From: Podarcis vaucheri
Taxonomy: Eukaryota
NCBI GenBank assembly: GCA_965113315.1
Contig: OZ220371.1
Strand: one strand, 5' to 3'
DNA: 64,000 bases
Below the pieces are notes generated by a model that worked only from the letters and a program-made list of their open reading frames with translations, was not told the origin of the DNA and did no database searches. Shown piece by piece: positions 25,707-38,482 of this stretch (positions within the stretch are counted from its first letter, which is position 1; every line of letters begins with the position of its first letter). Position numbers and translations under genes: made by a program.

Positions 25707-26514
25707 CACTCCTTGCCGTGTCTCTTTCACTGATTTAGCAATGAGAATTTGCTACCTGTTGTATTTTTTTGTTGTGTGATAGAGACATCTAGTGGGCATT
25801 GCATGGAACATTTTCTCCCCAAGTTAAAAGTTAAAATTCATGAAATGCTCCGTGCAGTAAGCTTTTTGTGGTAATTGTACTTCACATTTGAAGACAAATG
25901 CTTTCATGTATAGTTCATTATATGGCCAAGCTTTGTCTAAGGAATCAGTCCCTTTCTGGCAAATGACTCAGGCCATTCACTTAGTAGGTTTAGTTAACAT
26001 TCTGGGTAACTCCTTTAAAGCAAGACTGTAATAATTGAATATAAACAATTCTTAGGATACAGAGGAATGGAAAGAATTCACAGCCCTATTACTGTGGTAG
26101 AACTTTGAAACAGAGATAGGGGTGGGTGTTGTGTTGTAATTACTATTTTCCTGGATTCATTTCCAGCCAGGTCTTTCTCTGGAGGCGGAATAACCATTTT
26201 GGTGGTTGTTGTTTTTTGCACTGCAGTTCCCATCAGACCCAGCCTGTGTTGGCAGCGCTCAGGACTGTTTGGAGTTCTAGTCCACAACTTCTGGAGGACA
26301 TCCAAATGGATACCCCCAATCTAGGGAGTCTTGCCCCACCTGGATGTTTAAGTTGCCCCAATTGCTGGGACTCCCAAATGCTGCCGTCTCTCCCACCCTC
26401 AGTTTTTGCAACTTAGAGCAGAAAGGGGAAGATGGCTGTAGAAACTCTATGGCTGGAGCAGAGAGGTCATGGATACAGTTGCATTCCAGTAATCAATCTT
26501 GCCACCCACCCAGC

Positions 26515-27305
26515 TTTTTAAACTGTGGAACCCACTCCCCCAGGAGGCAGTGATGGTCACTAACTTGTGCGCCTTTAAAAGAGGACTGGACAAATTCATG
26601 GAGGAAAATGCTATCAATGTATCAGGATTACAGATATCCCTCTTACACCAAGAACACAGCAAGCTGGCGGTTTAATTGTGCTTAGATTTATTAGTATTTA
26701 CACAGTAGTTTCGGTCCGAGCTCACAGCTCAATCATCTGCTGAGGACGACGTTGAGCTCACTAAAGAGCTGATCCTCCGCCAACAGGATATCCTCCATCG
26801 GCCGTCCCTTCTCCTGTTGGACTAATGCCGAGCATGGACGCTTCTCCTTCAGCAAGTCCGTGGGGAATTGGGGGCAGTTTGCCCCCCCCCCCGGAGCCAT
26901 CTCTAAAGGCTGCAGTTCCTCTGAACCTGCCTCTGTCTGACCTACACTATCTTGGGAATCTACAGCCCGCACTTCAGGACAGGAGGGGCTTGCATCACTC
27001 TCAATATGAAAAGGAAGCCTCTGTTTTTTCCTCAGCCTGCCACCCCTCCTCTTCGGAGTTCTCGCTGTCGCTCTGGGAAGCGACGTTCCTGACACAGTGG
27101 CTACTAGCCACAATGACTATGCACCACCTCTTTTTCAGAGGCATTGTGCCTCTGAATGGCAATTTCTGGGAATTGCAGGTGGGCACAGGGCTCTTATGCA
27201 CACGTCCTGCTTGCCAGTTTCCCATGGACACCTGGTTGGCCACAGTGAGAAGATGTTGCTGAACTAGATGTTCCATTGGACTGATCCAGCCTTCTGTCCT
27301 TGTGT
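26515..27305 (+). mobile_element. CR1 3' end split by an LTR
   Basis: ...tttaaaagaggactggacaaattcatggagg...ctatcaatg, then resumes gctactagcc...gaactagatgttccattggactgatccagc. Confidence 0.75.
26620..27094 (-). mobile_element. Gypsy-like solo LTR, 475 bp
   Basis: TATCAGGA (decayed TGTCAGGA)...TCCTGACA; TSD CAATG / CAGTG with one mismatch; minus-strand AATAAA near 26687. Confidence 0.8.
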
Positions 27306-28763
27306 TTTTGGGTTGCTCAATCCCCCCCCCCCCAGTTTCTGGGGTTTTTGTGTGTGATCTGAGATATATAGAAAGGGTACAGAGACATCAGTGAGCCTTG
27401 TTTTATCACTTTCTGACAGCTTGCTAATCTACACTAGCTTTTTGTGACAGCTGAATTAAAACCACAAATTGTTATTCTTGGATCTCAGTGTTGCGACTCC
27501 AGTCATTAAAGCGCCTTTCATTATCACAGAGAAATTGTCATCTTCAGAAATATTATGATCAGGAAAAGACTTCATCAAACAGTATATTACCTGCAGATCT
27601 GTCATTGATACAGCATGCAGCTACCCGAGTTGCCATGGATGGTATGTTGGGGGGAAATGGAACAAAACTATAGATATTTATACCAGCTTCAAGAACTACA
27701 ATTGCCTATTACCAAACAAACAGTGTGTTATCAGACTTGTCAATGTGAGGTGATCTAAAGGTCCATTTTTTTCTACATATTTAAGGAACACTGCCTATTT
27801 CAAAATTTAACACCTGCAAATTAATGCCAAAGACACTGCATTTAAGTAAAAATGATTTAATTTCATGTTTATGTGTGTTTTTCTATTGCTCATTCACTTA
27901 GGCATTTTTTTGACTGACTGCATCCGCCCATGGATGCACTATTTCATGAAATCCTAAGTTCTGAGGCCAATTCAGCTTTTGGATCAATATTTTTCCCCCT
28001 ACAGGCCTTGCTTACTACATTCCGCCTGTGCACATTCTATAAAGAACATTGTAATCTCCTCTGCCTTGTTATTGTTGTTATTTCAATTTATTAGTCCCTT
28101 TCAAAGCAACTTAGAGAACTTTAAAAACCTAAAGTAAACCTTAGAACAAGTAGAAGAAAAATGTAAATACTTTACATTAAAAACCATATCCCAAATACCC
28201 AGAGAACAGACCCCGTAAAACAGCACGGGTTAAAACAAACAAACAACACCCTGCTGGCAGCAAAACATTTCAGTAAAGTTAGCTGTGGACCAAAGTTAAT
28301 CAAGGCATGGCCTGTTGAATGCTTTTGGTAATTAAAGTAAAACTGGAAAGCCAAGGGAGCTGAAATTGCAAGGCATTACATACAGTTGCAATCAAAATTA
28401 TTCAACCCCCCCCCCCATTGCAAGTCAGGTTTATTATCTAAATTTATAGACTTTCAGCTGTTTGCAATGAACAAATCAAACAAAAACAATTGAAATAGCT
28501 CAACACAACAATGCTTCAAGTGGTCTCCCCAAATTCAGCTGAAATTGCAGCTTATACAGGCTTTTCCAGTCTTATTATTATTCAACCCCCTGAATAGAAT
28601 CCCTCACAACAGCACAAATATGACAGGTGTTGTCTCAAGCCCACCATATGAACTAATCAAGGGCTCCTTTAGTTGCACCAGGTGTGCTTGAGCTGGAATA
28701 CATGAAATACCTGAACTGGCTAGGGGTTTGCTGAATGTCAAATTTGGCTGCATGTTAGAAATA

Positions 28764-28982
28764 CAGTGGATGCTCGAGTTGCGAACGTGATCCATGTGGG
28801 ATGCATGTTTGCAACCCGCAGTGTTCGCAACCCGTGTCTGCACATGCAGATTGCGATTTAGCTCTTCTGGGCATGTGTGACCACCAAAACCCGGAAGTAA
28901 CCTGTTCCAGTACCTCCGGGTTTTGGCGGTCTGCAACCTGAAAAAATGCAACCTGAAGTGGCTGTAACCCGAGGTATGACTG
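28764..28982. mobile_element. Tigger/pogo-like MITE inserted in the Tc1
   Basis: TA|CAGTGGATGCTCGAGTTGC...GTAACCCGAGGTATGACTG|TA. Confidence 0.8.
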
Positions 28983-28983
28983 T

Positions 28984-29845
28984 ATGGCTAAATCAAGAAA
29001 ATGATCCAAGAAGGTAAAAGAAGAGATTATCACCCTTCACAAACAAGGAGCAGGATACAAGAAAATAGTGAAGGCACTGAGTGTTCCCAGAGATACCGTT
29101 GGAAGCAAGTTCCAAGTGAAAGAAACAGCAGCTACACTACCTGGACAGGACAGAAAAAGCAAGCTATCTGTGGCAGCAACCAGATGGGGGAAACCCTTGA
29201 GTGACTGCAAAGGAGTTGCAGCAAGACTGGTGGCAGCAGGCACCGAGATTTCAGTGAGCACAGTAAAGCACACTAAACGCAGGTTTCCATGCCAGAACTC
29301 CAAGACCTACACCACTACTGACTCACAAGCACAATAAAAGTCAGCTCCAGTATGCTCAAAATCATATAAATAAGCCACAGAAGTTTTGGGATTCTGTTCC
29401 GTGGAGCGATGAAACCAAATGGGAGCTTTTTGACCCCATGGATCAGCGTTATGTCTGAAGGAAGCAAAATGCAGCATATGCTGAAAAGAACACTGCCTAC
29501 AGTGAAGCATGGTGGAGGCTCAATGATGCTCTGGGGCTGCTTTGCATCCTCTGGCACTGGAAACTTGCAGCACGTGGAAGGCAGGATGGATTCATTGAAA
29601 TATCGGGAAATCCTGGGAGGAAATGTCATGCCAAGGATACCTCCAATTCCACTAATGCTTGGTTGCATAATAAGTCCTGGAAGGTTCTGCAGTGGTTATC
29701 ACAGTCACCTGACTTGAACCCCACAGAAAATCTCTAGTGGGAGGAATGGGCTCAGATTCCCGAGGAATGCTGCCGGAAGCTGCTGTCTGGTTATGCATCC
29801 GGTCTGCAGCAGGTCATAGCAGCAAAAGGCTGTTCTACTAAGTAC
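28984..29845 (+). pseudogene. Tc1 transposase pseudogene with stops, frameshifts and deletions
   Basis: MAKSRK*SKKVKEEIITLHKQGAGYKKI..ALSVPRDTVGS, WSDETK (about 29402), PTVKHGGGSMMLWGCFASSGTGNL, SPDLNP.EN (about 29705). Confidence 0.88.
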
Positions 29846-29930
29846 TAAAGATGCCATTACTGTGACATTCTCGTGCTTCCACGCAGGCAGCATAACATTT
29901 GGAAGCTGCTTGTTTTGTACATCAGTCTGA

Positions 29931-30425
29931 GAGTCACTACCTTGGTTCTGAAATGTCTTGGTACTCAAACAATTTGGAACCCAAACACTGCAAACCTGGA
30001 AGTAAGTGTTCCGGTTTGCAAACATTTTTCAGAAGCCGAACATGCTCAGTTTTGAGTGTTACGCTTCTGATTTGAGTGCCACAATTGCATTTTGAGTGTT
30101 ATGCTGAGGTCTGTCTGTTTTTGCTATTTATTTTGCCTTTTTGTGGCTCTTTCTGTTTTATTTTTGTGACTGTGTGGAATCCAGTTCAGCTACCGATTGA
30201 TTGATTAATTGATTGTGTGACTGCAGTACATTGCTTATTGCTTTTATTTTATGGATCAATGGTCTCGTTAGATAGTAAAATTAATGTTAAATTGCTGTTT
30301 AAGGGGTTGTTTTTAAAAGTCTGGAACGAATTAATCTGTTTTGCATTACTTTCTATGGGAAAGCGCGCGTTGGTTTTGGAACAGACTTCCGGAATAGATT
30401 AAGTTTGAGAACCAAGGTACCACTG
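29931..30425. mobile_element. pogo-like MITE with decayed left end
   Basis: Right end GAGAACCAAGGTACCACTG|TA; left remnant ctaccttggttctgaaa. Confidence 0.7.
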
Positions 30426-30507
30426 TATTCTTATATATTTATATTAAATACATACACCACCCTTCATTTCAAGATCAGTTCATAAAAATACAAAGTAACA
30501 CAAAATA

Positions 30508-30749
30508 CAGTGGTACCTCAGGTTACATACGCTTCAGGTTACATACGCTTCAGGTTACAGACTCCACTAACCCAGAAATAGTGCTTCAGGTTAAGAACTT
30601 TGCTTCAGGATGAGAACAGAAATCGTGCTCCGGCGGTGCGGCGGCAGCGGGAGGCCCCATTAGCTAAAGTGGTGCTTCAGGTTAAGAACAGTTTCAGGTT
30701 AAGAACGGACCTCCGGAACAAATTAAGTACTTAACCTGAGGTACCACTG
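30508..30749. mobile_element. pogo-like MITE family A, copy 1
   Basis: TA|CAGTGGTACCTCAGGTTA...TAACCTGAGGTACCACTG|TA; internal cttcaggtta repeats. Confidence 0.92.
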
Positions 30750-31523
30750 TACATGAAAAACAAAAACCTTTTCCACAAATTGTAGATGCTGCATAGTTAA
30801 GCAGGTTTCAGGCGACTCCTCTCCCTCCACATGTGTGTAATGTTCCCATACCCTATCTTACTTTTAGATGCATGTATGCCCATCTGGAATCTGAGATGGG
30901 GAAGCAGCTCATGGATGCGAGTTCCAATCAAGGTCCTCGGAGACAAATTCTGATGTATTGCTTTGCATCTGTTGTTGGCATCTGTTTGCCCTGACGTCCA
31001 GTAAAGACAGTTTTGGACAGACCCCCAAAATTTTATAATTGGTACCTGAATTAGGACTTTGAGCCACTTAAAAACTCAGCTGTTGTGGAATCTCATTGTT
31101 GAACCCTGAGGGGAAATGGAACACTCGTTTATCTTTGATCATGGAAATAAAATCATGTTGTTGTTGTTTTGTTTTTTAAAAAATAATTTATGGTTTCCAA
31201 CTATATACATTTCAATAGTTTTATAATCATTCTAACATTTCAAAACTCAACTTCCTTTCTCCTCTTTCTGCGGTTCTTTAGCTTTTTGTTTTTGTTTTTA
31301 CATTTCCTGCATATTATAACTTATTTTATCCATCTACTTTAGATATATGCTCCTATGAAACTGCAGGTTATTACAATAATCCTGCCAGTGTCCTTATCTG
31401 TTTACAGTTTGTTTGTAAATATTCAATACATCATTTCCATTGTTTTATAAAAAGTTTGTTATCTTGATTTCTTATTTCTGGTAAGTTTCACCATTTCTGC
31501 ATGTTCCATAACTTTTGTCTCTA

Positions 31524-31749
31524 CAGTGGTACCTTGGGTTACATACGCTTCAGGTTACGGACTCCACTAACCCAGAAATAGTACCTTGGGTTAAAAACTT
31601 TGCTTCAGGATGAGAACAGAAATCGTGCTCTGGCAGCGCAGTGGCAGCAGGAGGCCCCATTAGCTAAAGTGGTGCTTCAGGTTAAGAACAGTTTCAGGTT
31701 AAGAACGGACATCCGGAACGAATTAAGTATTTAACCCATGGTACCACTG
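31524..31749. mobile_element. pogo-like MITE family A, copy 2 (inside L1)
   Basis: Near-identical to 30508-30749, same orientation; right TA decayed to TT. Confidence 0.9.
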
Positions 31750-33052
31750 TTTTCTTCTTTCATTGGAACTTCTTCTTTCCACTTTTGGACAAATAGCATT
31801 CTTGCCGCTGGAACTGAATGCATGAATAAATTTTACCCCTATGATTCCCCAAAGGAAAGCTTCTGGGTTTTTTTACAAATGTTATTTTAAACATCTTTTT
31901 CAATTCATTATATATCATTTCCGAGTAAGCTTTATCATTTCCGAATAAGCTTACTACAAGACCACTACATATGATAAAAAATACATTCTTTCTCTTTGCA
32001 TTTCCAACAATTGGCAATACATTTTTGCCAATTTACTCTGTATTAGATACCGTCTAGATAACATTTTCATATAGTTTTCTCTTAAACCTTAGCACGCTGT
32101 AAATTTTATATCCATATTCCACAGTCATTCCCATGCTTCCATATCTGTCTTATAACCAATCTATTGCCAAATGTATAATTGAAGATTTTACTTGCTCATC
32201 CTTTGTCTCCCATTCCAATAATATCCTATACATTTTAGACAGCACATTTTAGACAACATTACATTCGAACAGTTCTCTCTCCAATTGTGATATTTGTTCC
32301 CCAAGCCCTCGTATCCTATCTTTCTTAAATACTTCATTCAAATGATGATATTGTATCCATGTTGTTAGCTTTCCTGATAAATCCTTACATTCTTTTAATT
32401 TATACTCTCCTCCCTCTTGTTTTAATAAATTTCTATAAGTTGTCCAACTTTCAATCATTCCCCCCCCCTTTACCACTATGGCTTCCAATGGTGAGAGCCG
32501 AAGTGGTGTTTTGTCTGCAATAAATTTTTGTATTTATTCCATACTTTATGCAGGTTTTTTCCTAATTATGGGATTTGTAAATCCTTTATGTACTTTCACT
32601 TTTTCATACCACAAATAGGCGTGCCAACCAAAAATATTATCATGACCTTCTAAATCTAAGATATGTGGATTATTCAGTGTCATCCATCCTTCAACCAACA
32701 AAGACAAGATGCTTCATAGCATAATCTCATATCCGGCAGGGAGAAACCTCCTCTCTCTTTTGCATCTATCAATATTTGATATTTTATTCTCAGTTTATTC
32801 CTTGCCACCAGATATATTTAGCACTATCTTTTTGCCGTACATTGAAACAATCTGTCTTGCTTATCACCAAAACTGATTGAAACAAAAATAACATTCTTGG
32901 TAATGCATTCATTTTTATAGTCGACATGCTACCTAACAGTGAAAGTTTTCTTCTGTTCCAAATTTCCAAATTTCTTTTAATGTCTTTCCAAGTTTTTGAA
33001 TAATTATCTTTATACAGATTTATATTATTTTCTGTTAACCATACACCTAGAT

Positions 33053-33223
33053 CAGTGGTGGCGAACCTATGGCAAGCGTGCCAGAGGCAACACACGGAGC
33101 CCTCTCTGTGGGCACACGTGCTGTCTCCCCAGCACTGAGTGAAATGGCGATCCCAGCCCCTTCACTACCTTGAAATGGAGCTGGAGGAGGCTGCTGGAGG
33201 AGCGCTTGCGACCGTGCACACTC

Positions 33224-33264
<41 letters not shown>

Positions 33265-33600
33265 AGGGGGGCATCAGCTGGAAGAGAAGCGGCCGTGGCC
33301 GAGCTGAAGTCCAACCTTCCTGCCCTCTTGGCAGCCTGACAAGGATGGGTAGTTGAGATTTTGCACCGTGCGTAACGTGAGGGGGTGTGAGAGGGTGGCT
33401 CGGTATGTGTGCATGTGAGAGGGAGGAAGGAAGTGTGTGAGTCCATGTGTTTGAAGTGGAGGTATGGAGGAGGGTGCCGGAGTTCATAAGTCCCTTTCTT
33501 AAAATGATTGTGTGGTTGCCGCTGCTGCGTGCTTGCCTGTCAGCCACTCTCTGTGCTCTCAATAACTCAGGGCAATCCTCCCCGCATTTTCTTAATTAGT
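33053..33600. mobile_element. hAT-like non-autonomous element fragment in L1, right end unclear; contains (TG)n
   Basis: Begins CAGTGGTGGCGAACCTATGGCA, a typical squamate hAT terminus. Confidence 0.6.
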
Positions 33601-33789
33601 AGTACCCGCAAACAGGAAGTGTGTTATGCCTGGAGAAATATGGTAAATTGATGTGTTGGCACTTATTTTTGCTCTCATCATTCTTCTTTTTTTTTTTTAA
33701 CCAAGAGTTTGGTTTTGTCTTTATTAATCTTAAGACCTGCTACACTCCCCCCCCCCTTATCTCTTATAATACTTTCAGAATTGACTCTA

Positions 33790-34035
33790 CAGTAGTACCT
33801 TGGTTTGCGAACAGGCTGGTTTGCATACGTTTTGGATTACGTACAAACATGTCAAACCCAGAAGTACGTGTCCCGGTTTGCGAACTTTTTTTGGATGATA
33901 ACCCGTTGTTTTTTTTAATTACGAACATTTTTTTTTTGAGGCCCCATTGGCGAAAGCGTGCCTTGGGTTACAACCTGTTTTGGTTTATGAATGGACCTCC
34001 AAAACGGATTATGGTTGTAAACCAAGGTACCACTG
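33790..34035. mobile_element. pogo-like MITE inside L1
   Basis: TA|CAGTAGTACCTTGGTTT...AAACCAAGGTACCACTG|TA. Confidence 0.88.
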
Positions 34036-36077
34036 TATTGGTTCTTCTAGAGATATCACCATGTTGTCTGTGAATGCTTTTAGTTTATATTGTCTCACTC
34101 TTATACCTTTAATTTCTTGGTTACATCTTATTATTTGTGCCAATACTTCTAAAACTAATATGAACAACAATGGGCATTTTGTCTTGTTCCTTAGATATTA
34201 TTTACTATCAATTTGACTGACTGTTCAGTATATATTGCCCTGACTACTTTTATAAGTGTCTCCACTTTTACAAAAGTGTGTAAAATCATGTGTTGACCAT
34301 CCCACTACAGACACATTTTCTATTACTTTGTCGTTGGCAGCTAGGAACCTCAGAACAATTAATCATAATCTGAATTACGTTGTCAAGCTTTGATTTATGA
34401 CTTCAATGATTTTGATTAATTACAAATGTAAATGAACTGGAACACTTTACATTAGTCATTCACTAACTGATTGTCAGTAGCTATGGGAAGTTTAAGGCTG
34501 CCATTTTTATAACTTTTGAGTTACCAAAAGTAAGACCTTCATTTATTTATTTATGTTTGTATCAAAACTTATTTTTCCTGTTAAAAATGTAAGTATTGAA
34601 ACAAGGCTATTTTTTTTTGGGGGGGGTGTTAGAAATGATTCTCACATGGGTCAAACTTGAATTCTGGAGTTTCATTTATAGCTCATTTTATCAGAATCAA
34701 TTCAAATTGTCAAACAGGGAAATACTTTTTATTGAAGTGTGTGTGCGAGAGAGAAAGAAGGAGGAAGGGAAAGAGAGAACGAACGTGGTCAGCTCTAGTC
34801 AGAACTTCAGCTTAGCATGTCATGAAACAGAACTGCAAATAAAAAAAACAATTTCCCCTCTACCCCTTTCATACTATATGATTTTGAACGACTGACTAGG
34901 GCTCATTGGGTGCAAAAAAACAACAACAACAAAAAACACCATGCGCATTTTTATTCTTCTAATTGGCTAGGAGTTCTGGGCATGCACTAATTTCCCTTTT
35001 ACGTTGCTTTCCAAATTCTGTGTAGGCATTGCCAAGGTGGGGAGGGACTCGTCCTTTGTTATCAGGGGAAGCCATTATGCAGTCTTATTAGTCTATCTCT
35101 TCGTAGCACAATAGTTAAATATTTATATTAATGTAGGGGATTTTGCCAGCCTGTTCTGTTTCATGGCTTTCTTGGTCTTCCTACTTGGTTTTAGTTCTTT
35201 TTTTGAAGTGCCTTTCGCTTAATGTTTGTGCTCTGGCTGCAGAGAAGAAGGCAACTTTCTGCTTCTGCAGACAGCCTGTTTTATTGAGCAGCTGGCAGTG
35301 TGGGTAAAGTGCCGCAAGACAGGAGCACAAAATGACACTATTTTTTGCAACTGCCATCTTGAACCATAAAGAGACTACCATGAGTTAGAAAACAACCCAA
35401 GGGTGACCTAAAGCCCCTTATCATTGGGATGAAGGATTCTTCAAAGGGGGAAAGGATGTGCCACCTGGGATTCTGTCTTGCTGCCTGCACTGGAAATCAA
35501 ATTGCAGGTGGCTGCAGAAAGCATTAGTGTGGCGATAAAATGTCCTTAACGTAGTAATACCAGAAAATCAAGGAAATTGTATCCACCAAAATAAATATAG
35601 CTTTGAATTGGTGTAAAATGGATCACTTTGTGGCTTTACACTCCAAAAATGGAAGAACAAGTGTGATTAGGAGCTCACCGCTCAGGGTATAATCTATTTG
35701 TAAGAACCATTCAATTCAGTAATCTGCTTTTGTGAGCATTTTTTTTTCCTGGCTCAAAATCGTTCAGGTTAATCCAATCTCTGCTTTGCTAGATGGTTTG
35801 AATGGAAATTTTCAATTCACCTCCTTCTCCTTCTCCAGAATCTGAGTAATTGCTCCCTGCAGTTGTCTTACCTTTGTCTGCATGGGAGGTGCAAAGGTCA
35901 TGGGTTGGTACATTAGAGGAAATAAGGGTAGAAAGATCACGTGGGGCAGTGACTGCTTCATGTCACTTTATAGGTAAGAAAAACAGTCTAAGGATATGAA
36001 GAGGGATGGCATGAAATACTGATGATATGAGAGGTGAATTATTTTTACAGTGGGGTTTTGAGATGCAAGAACATAAA

Positions 36078-36206
36078 AGGATAGAATAGAGTTGGAAGAG
36101 ACCCCACGGGTCATCTTGTTCAACCCTCTGCAATGCAGGGAAGTCAACTAAAACATCCATGACAGATGGCCATCCAACTTCTGCTTAAAAACCTCCAATG
36201 AAGGTT
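36078..36206 (-). mobile_element. CR1 3' end
   Basis: gagttggaagagacccc...caaccctctgcaatgcagg...ccaacttctgcttaaaaacctcc. Confidence 0.75.
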
Positions 36207-36236
36207 GCAGTAATTAGGAGATTACCATAGCATGAA

Positions 36237-36288
36237 CCTTCCTTCCTTCCTTCCTTCCTTCCTTCCTTCCTTCCTTCCTTCCTTCCTT
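36237..36288. repeat. (CCTT)n microsatellite
   Basis: About 13 units. Confidence 0.95.
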
Positions 36289-37123
36289 TCTCTTGAAACT
36301 GAACTGGGAGATCTGAGAGGAAAGGGTGGACATTTGCAATTTTGTGTAGACAAAAGTGATTGGGTGACAGATTGAATAAAGGGCAGAACATGAAAAGGAC
36401 CTGAAGAACGAAGGCAAAGTTTTATATCTGATCAGTAGTGTGGGTGGGGATGTGAATGTAACATTATCTGTTCCTGTCACATAACTTAATAGTAGCATCA
36501 TTTGCATGCAATATTAAGTCAGGAATCCTATGTCACAAACCTATTTTTGGTACACAACTGCAGCCAGGCAGCATCTCTACTTCTTTGTTCCCTGCTTCAA
36601 AGAAGCGGCAACAAGTCAGGATTTAGTATTTAACCATGGTTTCCTCTTATGTGCAAACCCCAAAACAATTCCAAATGTGTTCCAAACAAGCCACAATATG
36701 AAGGCAACTTTAAACTATGTCATTATATTGTGACTTATTTGAAGCAATTAACCATGGTTTCCTGATTGGCATGTAACAGGAAACCCTGCCTTTTTTTGGT
36801 GTTTCAGCAAAGAGGAACAAAGCAGCCACAAAGGGTCAGTATATATGTTTGACCTGCATATGCATATTGTGACTTAACAAATGCAGATGCGGCCAATGTT
36901 TGCTACATTTCAAAAAGGACGATTTGGGGGAAAATACACTTATAATCACTTGTTTTCCTTTGAAGGTTACATTTTTATGCTTTAAGCATTTGCAATGCTT
37001 TCCTTCACCAGATATATGTTGAACTTTAATTTTGAAATTTGAAACAATTACATGCATTCTTTCAGGACCAGCTGTTTTGGCATGAGTTCCTCAAATAATT
37101 GCTGGTGGTTTTTTTATTTTCAG

Positions 37124-37327
37124 AACAAGATCATTTTAGACCCCATGACGTTCAGTGAAGCCCGATTTCGACCATCTCTTGAAGAGAGGTTGGAGAGCAT
37201 TATCAGCGGTGCAGCACTCATGGCAGACTCCTCCTGTACTCGTGATGACCGCCGGGAGAGAATCGTAGCTGAGTGCAATGCTGTACGACAAGCCCTCCAG
37301 GACTTGCTTAGTGAATACATGAATAAT
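37124..37327 (+). CDS. CTNNA2: Catenin alpha-2 coding exon (probably exon 7), 204 bp, phase 0-0; followed by the giant intron
   Basis: Encodes NKIILDPMTFSEARFRPSLEERLESIISGAALMADSSCTRDDRRERIVAECNAVRQALQDLLSEYMNN; tttttattttcag| acceptor, |gtaagt donor. Confidence 0.97.
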
Positions 37328-37916
37328 GTAAGTGACATTCTGCTTTTTGATTTCTTCTTCCTCTCTGATTGTTAAATGGTTCCATAGACATGGTTAAAGG
37401 TGTATATGCTGTGCTAGATCCTAAGAGTCCTGACTACCAAGGCAGTCAGTTTAAGTAACGGAAAGAATTCCACATTTTGAAATCTTGCGAGTCCATCCTT
37501 CGAGGAATGATGTAAAAGCACACAAGGTTCATTTGTGGTGGTTCGACCCAAAATAATGCTTGGATTACTGCAGTATTAAAGGTTACCTCCAACACACTTC
37601 TGCTGCGCTACTCTGCATGTGTGGTGGCACTTCGGTATAACCACTTCTTATTGTTTGTAGTAGAGTTTTCCCCAGAGGCAGAGGACAAGAACAGGAGTCA
37701 TACTCAAATTCACAGTCAAGAGCTTCTTTATGGCTTGAATGGTTGCACAAGCATTTCTGTTACTATTAAATACAAACTATTTACATTCCTTCTATTTCTC
37801 TCCAGCATGGTATAATCTCAGTCCAGTAATTAACAATCCTGACACAGCAAAAGTCATAGTATCAGCAGCACACATTGTCTTACTTCCAACCTTGTTGTCA
37901 GTGTATATGCTAATAG

Positions 37917-37950
<34 letters not shown>

Positions 37951-38122
37951 GCTCATGTGGAAATTGCAGCCTGCAAGTTCCTCCCTTTATTTGCACCTCC
38001 AGCCGACACCAATCAAGCCTAGGGTCCCACTCCTACACACTAAAGAAAATTCTGGAACCCTCTTTAAAGCTTCCAGGAACTTTTATCTGTTTCTTAAATA
38101 ATGTTTTCCTAACATGCAAATC

Positions 38123-38482
38123 GGTGGGACGCGGGTGGCGCTGTGGGGTAAACCACAGAGCCTAGGACTTGCCAATCTGAAGGTTGGTGGTTCTAATCCC
38201 CGCGATGGGGTGAGCTCCCGTTGCTCGGTCCCTGCTCCTGCCAACCTAGCAGTTTGAAAGCACATCAAAGTGCAAGTAGATAAAGAGGTACCGCTCCGGT
38301 GGAAAGGTAAACGGCGTTTCCGTGCGCTGCTCTGGTTCGCCAGAAGTGGCTTAGTCATGCTGGCCACATGACCCAGAAGCTGTACGCTGGCTCCCTTGGC
38401 CAATAAAGCGAGATGAGCGCCGCAACCCCAGAGTCGGTCACGACTGGACCTAATGGTCAGGGATCCCTTTACCTTTACCTTT
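38123..38482 (+). mobile_element. Sauria SINE, full length, 13-bp TSD
   Basis: TSD TAACATGCAAATC at 38110-38122 and 38483-38495; tRNA-derived head and ACCTTT tail. Confidence 0.95.

Larger units (their letters stand above)
28383..29860 (+). mobile_element. Decayed Tc1 (DD34E) DNA transposon with IR/DR-type left end; right ITR not seen
   Basis: TA|CAGTTGCAATCAAAATTATTCAACCCCC left end, inner repeat ATTATTCAACCCCC near 28577-28590; transposase remnants follow. Confidence 0.85.
31165..34260 (-). mobile_element. L1 LINE ORF2 3' portion, about 3 kb span with three nested insertions
   Basis: Minus-strand L1 RT motifs: LLFILVLEVLA..IR.N.EIKGI, YKLKAFTD, GLKINKDKTK, LGVWLT..N.LYKDNY, KLSLLG.MSTIKMNALPRMLFLFQ. 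Confidence 0.85.

Noticed and set aside
37120-37338. Antisense ORFs overlapping CTNNA2 exons (also 18896-19280)
   Set aside because: Shadow ORFs of real coding sequence.
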